64,000 nt of DNA, taken from assembly GCA_004195515.1 (NCBI GenBank), contig PSPR01000021.1, positions 867 through 64,866 on the forward strand. The letters run 5' to 3'. A program made the translations under genes and the position numbers. Positions 24,901 through 32,586 of the stretch are shown here, in pieces. Origin of the DNA: Methanobacteriota archaeon. Lineage in GTDB: Archaea; Thermoplasmatota; Poseidoniia; Poseidoniales; Poseidoniaceae. How positions within the stretch are numbered: the first letter of the stretch is position 1; every line of letters starts with the position of its first letter. The notes under the pieces were generated by a model, which made no database searches, was not told the DNA's origin, and saw nothing but the letters and a program-made list of their open reading frames with translations.

Positions 24901-26931
24901 CAAGATCCAGGAACCTTCGTTCTCTATGTCAAAGGATGGTCCGAAGGCGAACCGCTCAAGTCGATAGAAAAAGGCACTTATGATGTATTGGAATTGTGGG
25001 TTAACGTTTCAATCCGCTCGATAGGAAATATCGTATTCGAAATTTATGATACCAGTGAGATAATTCTACCTGGAGCCTGCGCTGAATATGACATCAATGT
25101 TTTGAAGAATTACGAAGCAGGCTACCTCGCCTTCACCACCCCTGGTTCTCCTGAAGCAAAGCCCGATGAAGTGGATTTGAATTCTTGGAGACAAGACCAT
25201 TGGACTCTTGAATTGGATTTCAGCAATGCACCGAGTGCACGAGATATCGATGACCCTGCCAGTCCGAGATTATGGCCTATTGAAACCACATATGCTGTGG
25301 TAGCTTCGATATGCGCGCCATATAATGCAAACGCAGGCCTTGGCCCAGCAGTTACTGTCAAAGCACACTTGGAAGGATACCCACGGGTTGCAGATTCGGT
25401 AATTTTGTCAACAAATGTAATCCACGTATTCTCGTTGGATACTCAGACAGAGACCACTGAGATAAGTGCTAATCCGAGAGATTCATGGATTATTCCAACA
25501 ACCGTTACCAATACCGGAAATGGCCCAGATCGATACGATTTACGCCTTGGCAGAGTCTATGATGAAGCAGGAATCGACGTTCTTTGGGACGTAGATGTCC
25601 CGCGTAGTATATTGACAGAATTGAGCAGAGATACCGCACAGACAGTCGATATTACCATCAATGTACCAAACCAAGTTCCAGCCGGAATATATACTGTTGT
25701 CATCCAGTCCTTCAGCGAAGAGGATTATCCAGATGCAACCGGCCATAGAACCCGCCTGCGCAGCGAGATTTCAATTATAGTAACCGTCAACGAATTCTAT
25801 GACATGCAAATCAGTATGGATCCAATGCACGACAACCCTGTAAAAACCAGTGCTCCCGGAAGGATTGTAGAATTCATGGTTAACATCACCAACGGTGGAA
25901 ACGTTGTAGACACACCAGCTCTACACAACCACACTTCCTCAAAGGATGGTTCAACCGGACAAGCCATTTGGAATACGCTACCAGGGATGGGCGCTCTTTC
26001 AGACTGGAGTGTAGAATGGAAGATGGTCAACTTTGTAGGTTCTGATCTCAAGGTTGAAACCGAGTGTGTTGAAATGTTATCTACCGCTGAAGAATTCCCT
26101 GAGGATGTATGTGTTCGCTTGACCGATATAGATGAATGGAGATTACCAGAGATGGATCCGTACACAACCCATATGATGATTGCAACAATCCATGTTTCGA
26201 CCGACGCAAAACTCGATACCCGATACATCGGTCTCAAAGTAACCAGCCAATCCGGTGGAATGCTAGACGATGGCGACCACGATGACAGCCCAGAATGGGC
26301 TGGTGATCTATTGGATAGCAATGAATTAATCTTAACCCTCCGCTTGCGGGCGCCAAACTTGGTGATTTCAGAAGTTTCTGTTTCAGAGACTAGCGGCGAT
26401 GTTGGAACCACTATACCTGTACGTGTAGTGCTCCAAAATACTGGAAATGTTCATGCGTCCAATATAGATTTGGTCCTTTGCCAATTCAGCAATTTCGACG
26501 ATGATATGAGACAGAACTTACGCGATGAAGGTTGCCCTGACAATAGCGTGGTAGCACGCCGTACAATCGGTGCGCTCCTAGCTCCTGATGCGAGCGAAGA
26601 TTCGAAGGAGATCGAAATTTACCTTCTGTATCCGGTTTCGGCTGGAAGTTATGACGTCATAGTTTTCGTTGACCCAACCAATGAAATCGTTGAGGTTAGC
26701 GAATCCGATAATCTCAGAGTGGTTGGAGAAGAACTTTCGAGCAGTTCTCCTTTCCTAGACGTAGCGGGTCAAGTCGTTTCGAATTGGGCTTTACCGTTCG
26801 GAGTGGTCATTTTGACCTTCTCTTTATTCGGAGTTCTTTACGCAGTCGGTAGTGGCCGTCGAAGTGAAGTCAAGAATAGAATTGCCGAGCAAAGTAGTTT
26901 GATCAGCGTTCTATCCGACGATGACATTTAA
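21928..26931 (+). CDS. Giant (1667 aa) cell-surface protein: signal peptide, beta-propeller-like repeats with a nested VWA domain, multiple CARDB/NEW3-like Ig-fold domains, C-terminal TM anchor
   Basis: Signal peptide 'LSAILIAAPAVA'. Seven 'xxHIxW.D' repeats. MIDAS-like 'VFVVDTSGSM' (about nt 22690). Repeated 'ITNTGNVHDSF / VTNTGNGPDRY / ITNGGNVVD / LQNTGNVHAS'. C-terminal TM 'FGVVILTFSLFGVLYAV'. Confidence 0.85.
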   Translation: MGQKTKSISLAAIMLLSTLSAILIAAPAVATQVVITEAIQIVDSGSANDRMAAVASDSEGNIHVIWSRSAQHLYYSMVSPRGEVLIDATQITSSGLHKIYHPDMVIDELDNVHIVWADHSGQYKIMYTALSPFKTPMDGSASVDSELSIIEDTIIAQHSNNRDWPAIDVDSNGNIHIVWEDNYDSLDLFFQQPQIYYSMIQPDYGSNSALVMFDDTLLTPIIGHKGHPDIVVDADDYVQIAWDDTRGGKVELVFVVDTSGSMYSEWADVCTVIYGGSFQSGTNFKGIKPMLEEGNMTVYETIYGLGNTLPGAANSGNCASHNKNSGPRNTPLGQTPNDDSGGLRTLPGTIYNGATYSGYSGEDWGPGSNWACLSWRDSSNNVPGNPPTSADHKWNPNATKIVLPVSDEGPKDGDPSQQADDTQSINEAHDSCVNAGVIPVGLYGQSYGGANNIQSHMKDLAQCPNGVISTATRNCPGSTQRSTDAGGQAYEFPSGSSGVSQMQLLVEAMVYISTNNSREIFMTVLDPYGKMANDDSWVMGEPGHTTNGNSYSEDTGRGSEGHLVVVNDTRVTIDDAFSLHPSIGVDNMGNTHIAWMDGRDYGFEKGVPYEIYYTKLRLQGAGEWDGVPNGLSTYAIKRIEDTPISTVEGWGAASSGWAGASQNSAYPSLLTDDQNNIHIAWLDFANASTGQEILYTRLNSTTLTGPGNTSLDPWNSSSITPWESYKLGPNQLSKPSLGQPPAFSNDLGSGAHVAWSDTNKCGEESNNGRWTICYSHVLTGQVDIEFDDGETYYHVIEPGEQTIYNLTINNTTPGPKDLVADTYNLNLTGIPENWTANLYFANNHTSIFADTPLFLEGGEMARIYLRVRAPSIYQANGDQLAEIVISATSNKDPAIRSDRVTLTLMDVVHGIDLDTSHRMADVEQGQTAIFSITITNTGNVHDSFAFYDPSGLEGQQEWLLPFGWQIDFPLQVSLDPGQSITKNLEISVPTSQDPGTFVLYVKGWSEGEPLKSIEKGTYDVLELWVNVSIRSIGNIVFEIYDTSEIILPGACAEYDINVLKNYEAGYLAFTTPGSPEAKPDEVDLNSWRQDHWTLELDFSNAPSARDIDDPASPRLWPIETTYAVVASICAPYNANAGLGPAVTVKAHLEGYPRVADSVILSTNVIHVFSLDTQTETTEISANPRDSWIIPTTVTNTGNGPDRYDLRLGRVYDEAGIDVLWDVDVPRSILTELSRDTAQTVDITINVPNQVPAGIYTVVIQSFSEEDYPDATGHRTRLRSEISIIVTVNEFYDMQISMDPMHDNPVKTSAPGRIVEFMVNITNGGNVVDTPALHNHTSSKDGSTGQAIWNTLPGMGALSDWSVEWKMVNFVGSDLKVETECVEMLSTAEEFPEDVCVRLTDIDEWRLPEMDPYTTHMMIATIHVSTDAKLDTRYIGLKVTSQSGGMLDDGDHDDSPEWAGDLLDSNELILTLRLRAPNLVISEVSVSETSGDVGTTIPVRVVLQNTGNVHASNIDLVLCQFSNFDDDMRQNLRDEGCPDNSVVARRTIGALLAPDASEDSKEIEIYLLYPVSAGSYDVIVFVDPTNEIVEVSESDNLRVVGEELSSSSPFLDVAGQVVSNWALPFGVVILTFSLFGVLYAVGSGRRSEVKNRIAEQSSLISVLSDDDI

Positions 26932-26958
26932 ATCAAAGAGTTATATTGATGAAAAAAT

Positions 26959-26995
26959 GAGAAAGGGTGGGGCGCTTAGCGCGCTGCTCTTTCTC
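26959..26995. terminator. Stem-loop between the convergent giant-protein and ArsR-like genes
   Basis: gagaaag(26959-65)/ctttctc(26989-95) encloses an inner GCGC..GCGC stem. Its role as a terminator is an inference. Confidence 0.35.
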
Positions 26996-27738
26996 TAATT
27001 TCCAAGGCTTGCCCACCAGGGCAATTCAGCAGCTTGTGGTGCTGCGATTAGGTTATTTGATCGATCAGCTAATTGTCTTACGACTCGAACCCGTACTTCA
27101 TCCATTAGTTTTTCAGTCGCTTCCGCACCTAATTGTAGTTCTCTTGCAAAGGATTTGAAATCGAATTCAGATCGTGGTGATTCCAAAATATTGTGGATAA
27201 CCAACCGCTGTTCATAAGAATCGAAATCCGTATCAACCGTTGCGGAAATCCTTTGTTTAACCTGTTGATGTAATGCGATTAAAGCATCTCTTTGCTCATC
27301 GAGCTTCTCTAGATCTGTTGCGATTTTTGCGAGGTGATATGCACCTTCTCCGACTGAAATTTTCTTGCGCCCACTCACATGTTCTGCAACACTCACCGAA
27401 TCGCCTTGTAAGCGATTAGAGAGTTTTAACGGACCACCAGATGGTAATTTTCTTTGTTCACAATGGAATAGATCGGGCCCTAAATCAATTCTCAAGGAAA
27501 TTGCTTGCTGAACCGAATAAATATTCTTAGGCGGGCCGCCTTTAATGCTCGCAGCCTTCATTTTCACCACAAATCCAGCTTGTTCAAGCAATTTTAGGTG
27601 TTTCATAACCGCCTGTTGTGAAACTCCGATCTGATTCGCCAATTGTAAAGGGTAATGGGGTTCCCTCACCAAACGCTCTAAAATAGCCCGACGTGCTTTG
27701 TTTTGCAGCAAATTGAGGGCAGTATCAAGGTCCACCAT
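26995..27738 (-). CDS. ArsR-family winged-helix transcriptional regulator with a long C-terminal coiled-coil-like extension
   Basis: 'NKARRAILERLVREPHYPLQLANQIGVSQQAVMKHLKLLEQAGFV' is a canonical ArsR/SmtB HTH. Confidence 0.75.
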   Translation of the reverse strand: MVDLDTALNLLQNKARRAILERLVREPHYPLQLANQIGVSQQAVMKHLKLLEQAGFVVKMKAASIKGGPPKNIYSVQQAISLRIDLGPDLFHCEQRKLPSGGPLKLSNRLQGDSVSVAEHVSGRKKISVGEGAYHLAKIATDLEKLDEQRDALIALHQQVKQRISATVDTDFDSYEQRLVIHNILESPRSEFDFKSFARELQLGAEATEKLMDEVRVRVVRQLADRSNNLIAAPQAAELPWWASLGN

Positions 27739-27796
27739 GACTTCACAACCAGAGGTTAACTACTACAGGTTACCTATGAATGCGTCGCTTTCTACC

Positions 27797-28663
27797 TCAG
27801 CCTTCGTCCCAACCTTTCCACGAATCATCGGTAGGCGGTTGCTCAGCAGTGAAATTCGAGGCGACATTGGTAGAGCCGCCAGTCTGTTTTTGAGGAACCA
27901 CTTGTTTGCGAGTATCGGTATTAGCAAACGGAGAAGGAATATCATCATCTTGGCTGATTTCAGGAATCTTGCCACGCATCAGGTGGTAGATTTGGTCGGT
28001 GGTCAACATTTCTCCAGTTGGAATCTCAGTAACCTCCTCACCGCTTGGATCCATCGATTGATCGATTTGATTTTGAATCAATTGAACCTCAACGGTTTTC
28101 CCCCCATTTATCATCATTAATATCCAGCCAAATGGAATAAGCAAAAATCCCAAACAGCAAAGCGTTATGCTAACTAAAAACCAAACGTTTGACAACAACG
28201 CCATCACCGATTCATCATCGTGATTTAGATGAATCACAACATCATCACATTCATCACATTCGATCGAGAGATAATAGGTACCGCTCTCTTTTATTTCGAA
28301 TGAAGTTATCTTAGAAAAATCATTATTGGATTCGTAATTATGTTTGCAAGTAGATAATGATTCAGAGGTCGTATTTACTGAATTTCCATCACTTGGATTA
28401 AGTTTTAAATCAATTTCAGACCCGTCCCCTTCGACACTTGCAATCCAACAACCAGCGCCCAAATCGACAATTTGATCCCCACCGTTTTGAACATGAAATT
28501 GAGCGGATTCGCTAGGATCGTAAAAAGAGAGAATCTCTTCGGATTGAGATGCATAGATTCCAAAGCCAATGATTGACAGAATCACACCGACAATCAAAAT
28601 CCGTTTAGGCCACGGAGATACTGTTGAAGCCGCGTCCATCAAGACGATGGGGGAGCCACTCAT
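27797..28663 (-). CDS. Hypothetical bitopic/2-TM membrane protein with an extracytoplasmic Cys-containing domain
   Basis: TM helices at about aa 22-40 and 160-185. No motif recognised. It lies between the top6A and ArsR-like genes on the same strand. Confidence 0.5.
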   Translation of the reverse strand: MSGSPIVLMDAASTVSPWPKRILIVGVILSIIGFGIYASQSEEILSFYDPSESAQFHVQNGGDQIVDLGAGCWIASVEGDGSEIDLKLNPSDGNSVNTTSESLSTCKHNYESNNDFSKITSFEIKESGTYYLSIECDECDDVVIHLNHDDESVMALLSNVWFLVSITLCCLGFLLIPFGWILMMINGGKTVEVQLIQNQIDQSMDPSGEEVTEIPTGEMLTTDQIYHLMRGKIPEISQDDDIPSPFANTDTRKQVVPQKQTGGSTNVASNFTAEQPPTDDSWKGWDEG

Positions 28664-28680
28664 CCTTCAAGCAAACGGAA

Positions 28681-29781
28681 TCAAATCAATCCCATCTCGC
28701 CCAATTTTTCAGGCAAATATGTATCGGTTACGAAATCTAGACCATACTTTGCTAAAGATTGCTGCTCCGCTTTTTGACCGAGATCTAGCATCATATTGAT
28801 TTGATCTTGCCACCAACCATCTGCAAAACGAGGATCTGTTAATTCGGCTTCGAGTGCTTCAATATCCTTCTTGGATAAATCATCAGATGGCAAATCATAA
28901 GCCATGATATCGTCAGCAGTAATGCCTAGGTATGAAGCAGAGGGTGTAGCTAGATATTCAGAAATATGTGCGGTTTTAATCGCCCCATAAGCGATTGAAG
29001 CAAATATTCTGAACGACCATGGATCACCGTCGAGGAATACGACGACAGGTATATCCCACTCTTCATTCATCCTTTTGATAATTCGTCTTGTCGACCGAGC
29101 AGGTTGTCCTTTCAAATGGATTAATGCGCAGTCATATGCTTCATCAAAGCCATTTTCGATCAAACGATCAAACATTCCACCAGTTTCGATTGCCATCAAA
29201 AACTTTACATCGTGCTCAATCAATTGAATCTTTTCGACTTCGACATTATATGGCACTCCATACCCGGAATCTCCGACATCGTCACGGGCATTTATTCGCA
29301 TCCATTGACCGCGCCTGTTCAATTCTTCCAGAGTGATATTTCCAATCATTCGCGCACCATCTTCCTCTGGTCGAAGTTTGAAATCTTCGCGTAAACAAGA
29401 GGTCACAACCTCTAGGTCTTCGGCCAAATTATTCGAATCGTTTTGAGAAGCAAATTTACCATAACCCCACCCTTCTGAAATATAATACATCTCTCTTAAG
29501 GTAGAAGATTTTCCTGCTTCGATCATCTCTTCAATGAATTCGACAACATGGAGAGCTCTGAGTAAATTTTTGGCAGAACGCAGATTGGTTGCGTCCCTAG
29601 TCGAGCGCTTTTTACCGTACTTGTAAACACCGAGTTTTTTATCAAAACCAATATTTGTTTTGGTCCTTACCGGCAAAGTCATCGTCGGTGGCTCGCCTTT
29701 GACTATGCGATCGTACATCTCTTCTACAACCGCGTGTAAACGCTGTTTTGTTAATTCGGGATCATTGACTCTAGACATCAT
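28681..29781 (-). CDS. top6A: DNA topoisomerase VI subunit A (Spo11 family)
   Basis: 5Y-CAP region 'STLREMYYISEGW'. Toprim motifs 'AIETGGMFDRL' and 'VFLDGDPWSFRI'. Confidence 0.9.
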   Translation of the reverse strand: MMSRVNDPELTKQRLHAVVEEMYDRIVKGEPPTMTLPVRTKTNIGFDKKLGVYKYGKKRSTRDATNLRSAKNLLRALHVVEFIEEMIEAGKSSTLREMYYISEGWGYGKFASQNDSNNLAEDLEVVTSCLREDFKLRPEEDGARMIGNITLEELNRRGQWMRINARDDVGDSGYGVPYNVEVEKIQLIEHDVKFLMAIETGGMFDRLIENGFDEAYDCALIHLKGQPARSTRRIIKRMNEEWDIPVVVFLDGDPWSFRIFASIAYGAIKTAHISEYLATPSASYLGITADDIMAYDLPSDDLSKKDIEALEAELTDPRFADGWWQDQINMMLDLGQKAEQQSLAKYGLDFVTDTYLPEKLGEMGLI

Positions 29782-31826
29782 TGTTCACCTCCAAATAAAG
29801 TGGCTTGGCCAGGATTACCTTCGACCGTTGAAGGCAAATAATCCTCTTCTTCATCCTCTTCCTCAGGCAATTCAATCTGGTTTAGAGCCGCTTCATCTGC
29901 CCGTATTTGCGTCAACATCTTTTCATCTAATTTGGTTGCCCCAATTACATCTTGTGAACCTCTGAAGAAGACTTCAGTCTCGGTCCAATCGCCTTTTTCA
30001 AGTCCGGTTAGAGAATATTCAATTAGCGCTTTTTCACCAGGCTCTAAGGTTTCTATTTTCCAACCCCAGATGCCCATCGCTTCTTTGCGGCCACCTCGTT
30101 CGTTTTCAGTTATTTCAGCACCTGCTTTTTCTGGCCAATTTACCAGAATCGAGTAAGATCTGGCCCGCGAGGTATAATTGAATAGAGTGATTTTGACATC
30201 GGTAATCTTGGTTTCTCGATTCCATTCTGTTTCTTCTTCACAGATTACCGCACTCATTATTTTGGTAATCGAGCCTGATAATGCAGGCACTGGGCGGTTT
30301 AGAATGGCTGCAGACTTTGCAGCAATCGCCGGTAAAATATCGTTGATCAATTCGAATTTTTCACGGGTTTTTGCCATTTTCTTCTTCTTTTCTAAATGCT
30401 TTCGAAGCCCTCTTCCCATCTCAAGCATCGCTTTGCGGGTTTCTTCGAACACAGATTCATTATCAGATAATGCTTCCTTGGCTTCGCTAGTGAATTGGAC
30501 ATTTGTACTCGCAAGATGGATCAAAATTGCAGCTTGCCCTTTTGGAACACCTCTTCCTCCTGCTTGGTCGAGACCATATTGTCGCCAATCGATACTTTCA
30601 ATCGCCTTTGTCAACAGACATCCACCTTGTTGATACATCAAAGGGACTCGGTTTGCAAATCTTAGAATTTCAACCGGTTTATCTCCACCCAATCCTTCGC
30701 CAAATATCAAACCGACTTCAACCTGAAAGGGATTACCATGACTCACATTAGGAACTCTGGTCATCGTGGCGATGAATTTTGAATCAATGGTTTTTGATAG
30801 GCCCTTTTTGATTAAAATTTCCTCGATAGGAGAGAGACAATTTGTAGGCGGTGCCAGTAATTTAACCGCCTTTCCATTATTAGTTCGCTCACCTTGGAAT
30901 GATTCTAATAACGCTCTGACATGGTCTGGTTTAAGCAAGCGCGGTTTTGCGCCGACATCCAAATCTGCAGCGTCACATAATTCTTTAGCAGCCCTCATCG
31001 ATACTCCGGAAAAATTTTGGCGCAAGAAAACCGTCATTCTTGAATCAGAAGAATCTTTACACATTCTTTGCAATTGCCCCAATTCAATTCCGTGAGGGTG
31101 GGGTTTGATAGAATCAACTTTCGTAGGAAGTTTTTCACTGACTCTAGGCCAATGGAAGGTTTCACCTTCGGGATCGGTAAATGTAATAGAAGCATGAGGG
31201 TTGACAATACTAGTCATACGTAAATATTGGAAAACCGATTGACGCCCTCTTTGATACTTGCCTTTCATCCGAGTTATTACCCTCAAACCGTGCTCGATTA
31301 TCGAACCATCATCATCTTCCCAAATCATTCTATCTTGATTTGATTTAATCGCTTTATTTTTCCGAGTGTCAATACCTATATCGACGACTGCGGCGGTGGA
31401 TTCACTAGCGATTTTTGAAATTACATGGGTTGGCTTGCCGGTCGTTAATTGACCATACATTACCACGCCGGTAATTCCGATACCCTGTTGGCCACGAGAT
31501 TGACGAATCGCATGAAATCTTGAACCAAATAAAAGTTGACCGAAAACTTTCTCGATACTTTTTTGAGGAATTCCCGGGCCATTATCTTGGCTTTGTAATT
31601 CTAAAATATCCCTTTTCATGTCGACTTTGGTTATTTTAATATTGATATCTGGTAAAATCCTTGCTTCTTCACAAGCATCAAGGGAATTATCAACCGCTTC
31701 CTTAACCGCGGTAATAATCGAGCGCTGAAGGGTATCGAAGCCTAAAAAATGCTTATTTTTTTCAAAGAATTCAGATATCGCAATTTGTTTTTGACCCTTC
31801 GCCATTTTGGTTGCGATGCCTGACAT
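29778..31826 (-). CDS. top6B: DNA topoisomerase VI subunit B (GHKL ATPase) with an acidic C-terminal extension
   Basis: Bergerat-fold motifs 'EAVDNSLDA', 'DNGPGIP' and 'GQQGIGITG'. 4-nt overlap with top6A. SD GAGG lies 4 nt upstream of the ATG. Confidence 0.9.
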   Translation of the reverse strand: MSGIATKMAKGQKQIAISEFFEKNKHFLGFDTLQRSIITAVKEAVDNSLDACEEARILPDINIKITKVDMKRDILELQSQDNGPGIPQKSIEKVFGQLLFGSRFHAIRQSRGQQGIGITGVVMYGQLTTGKPTHVISKIASESTAAVVDIGIDTRKNKAIKSNQDRMIWEDDDGSIIEHGLRVITRMKGKYQRGRQSVFQYLRMTSIVNPHASITFTDPEGETFHWPRVSEKLPTKVDSIKPHPHGIELGQLQRMCKDSSDSRMTVFLRQNFSGVSMRAAKELCDAADLDVGAKPRLLKPDHVRALLESFQGERTNNGKAVKLLAPPTNCLSPIEEILIKKGLSKTIDSKFIATMTRVPNVSHGNPFQVEVGLIFGEGLGGDKPVEILRFANRVPLMYQQGGCLLTKAIESIDWRQYGLDQAGGRGVPKGQAAILIHLASTNVQFTSEAKEALSDNESVFEETRKAMLEMGRGLRKHLEKKKKMAKTREKFELINDILPAIAAKSAAILNRPVPALSGSITKIMSAVICEEETEWNRETKITDVKITLFNYTSRARSYSILVNWPEKAGAEITENERGGRKEAMGIWGWKIETLEPGEKALIEYSLTGLEKGDWTETEVFFRGSQDVIGATKLDEKMLTQIRADEAALNQIELPEEEDEEEDYLPSTVEGNPGQATLFGGEQ

Positions 31827-31914
31827 TTTTCCTCAACTCTGCAAGCGGGTCCTCCTCCGTCCAAATGACGTCGGGCCCGCTAACGAGGCATGCCCATCGC
31901 TTGAGGTTCTTGAA

Positions 31915-32577
31915 TCATACCCGTGTTTCAGTCGAACCAAGGTCAATATGAGTGAGTGTGATTTTTCTCAGATGGACGATTAACCATGCGGTTAAAGCTA
32001 ATGATGCGATAATTGCCGCCCAATAAGTCCAATCTTTTGAGCCTTCGATTGCATCACCAATGCCGGCGGCTTGAGATCCCCACCAAGCATAAAGCAATCC
32101 TGGGACGATCATCCCAATATTTCCTAACAAGTAATCCTTCCAACTAACATCAGTAACGCCATAGCCATAATTTAGCACAGCATATGGTATGACCAAACTC
32201 ATCCTCGTCAGGGCAACACATCGCAAACCGTCCTCTCCAACGGCCTGTTTCAATGCATTGATAGTCGGTTGGTGTTCTAATTTGTTGCTCATCCAACCAT
32301 GGAGGTATTTTCTTGTGATAAAGAACGGTAAAATTGCCCCTAAACATGCTCCGGTAAATGCGATTGCCCAACCACCCCAAAACCCGAATAAAACCCCACT
32401 GACAAATTTGTGAAAACTAGCAGGAGCAACCAATAATGCAAGAATTACATAAAGTCCCAAAAAGGCGAGAACTCCGATGATTCCATTTTCGGGAAACCAG
32501 GTCATAACCGAGATTAATGGCTCGAGAATTGTTTGGGTCGCAATAATTCCAAATGTGGCTTTATTGATTAAAGCCAT
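31915..32577 (-). CDS. TVP38/TMEM64 (DedA-related, SNARE-associated) family membrane protein
   Basis: 220 aa with about 5 TM helices. 'FHKFVSGVLFGFWGGWAIAFTGACLGAILPFFITRKY' is typical of the family. Confidence 0.7.
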   Translation of the reverse strand: MALINKATFGIIATQTILEPLISVMTWFPENGIIGVLAFLGLYVILALLVAPASFHKFVSGVLFGFWGGWAIAFTGACLGAILPFFITRKYLHGWMSNKLEHQPTINALKQAVGEDGLRCVALTRMSLVIPYAVLNYGYGVTDVSWKDYLLGNIGMIVPGLLYAWWGSQAAGIGDAIEGSKDWTYWAAIIASLALTAWLIVHLRKITLTHIDLGSTETRV

Positions 32578-32586
32578 TTTAACAAC

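Noticed and set aside
25797-26411. 204-aa antisense ORF inside the giant surface-protein gene
   Set aside because: It has no motif and is fully embedded opposite a 5-kb ORF with consistent domain signatures.
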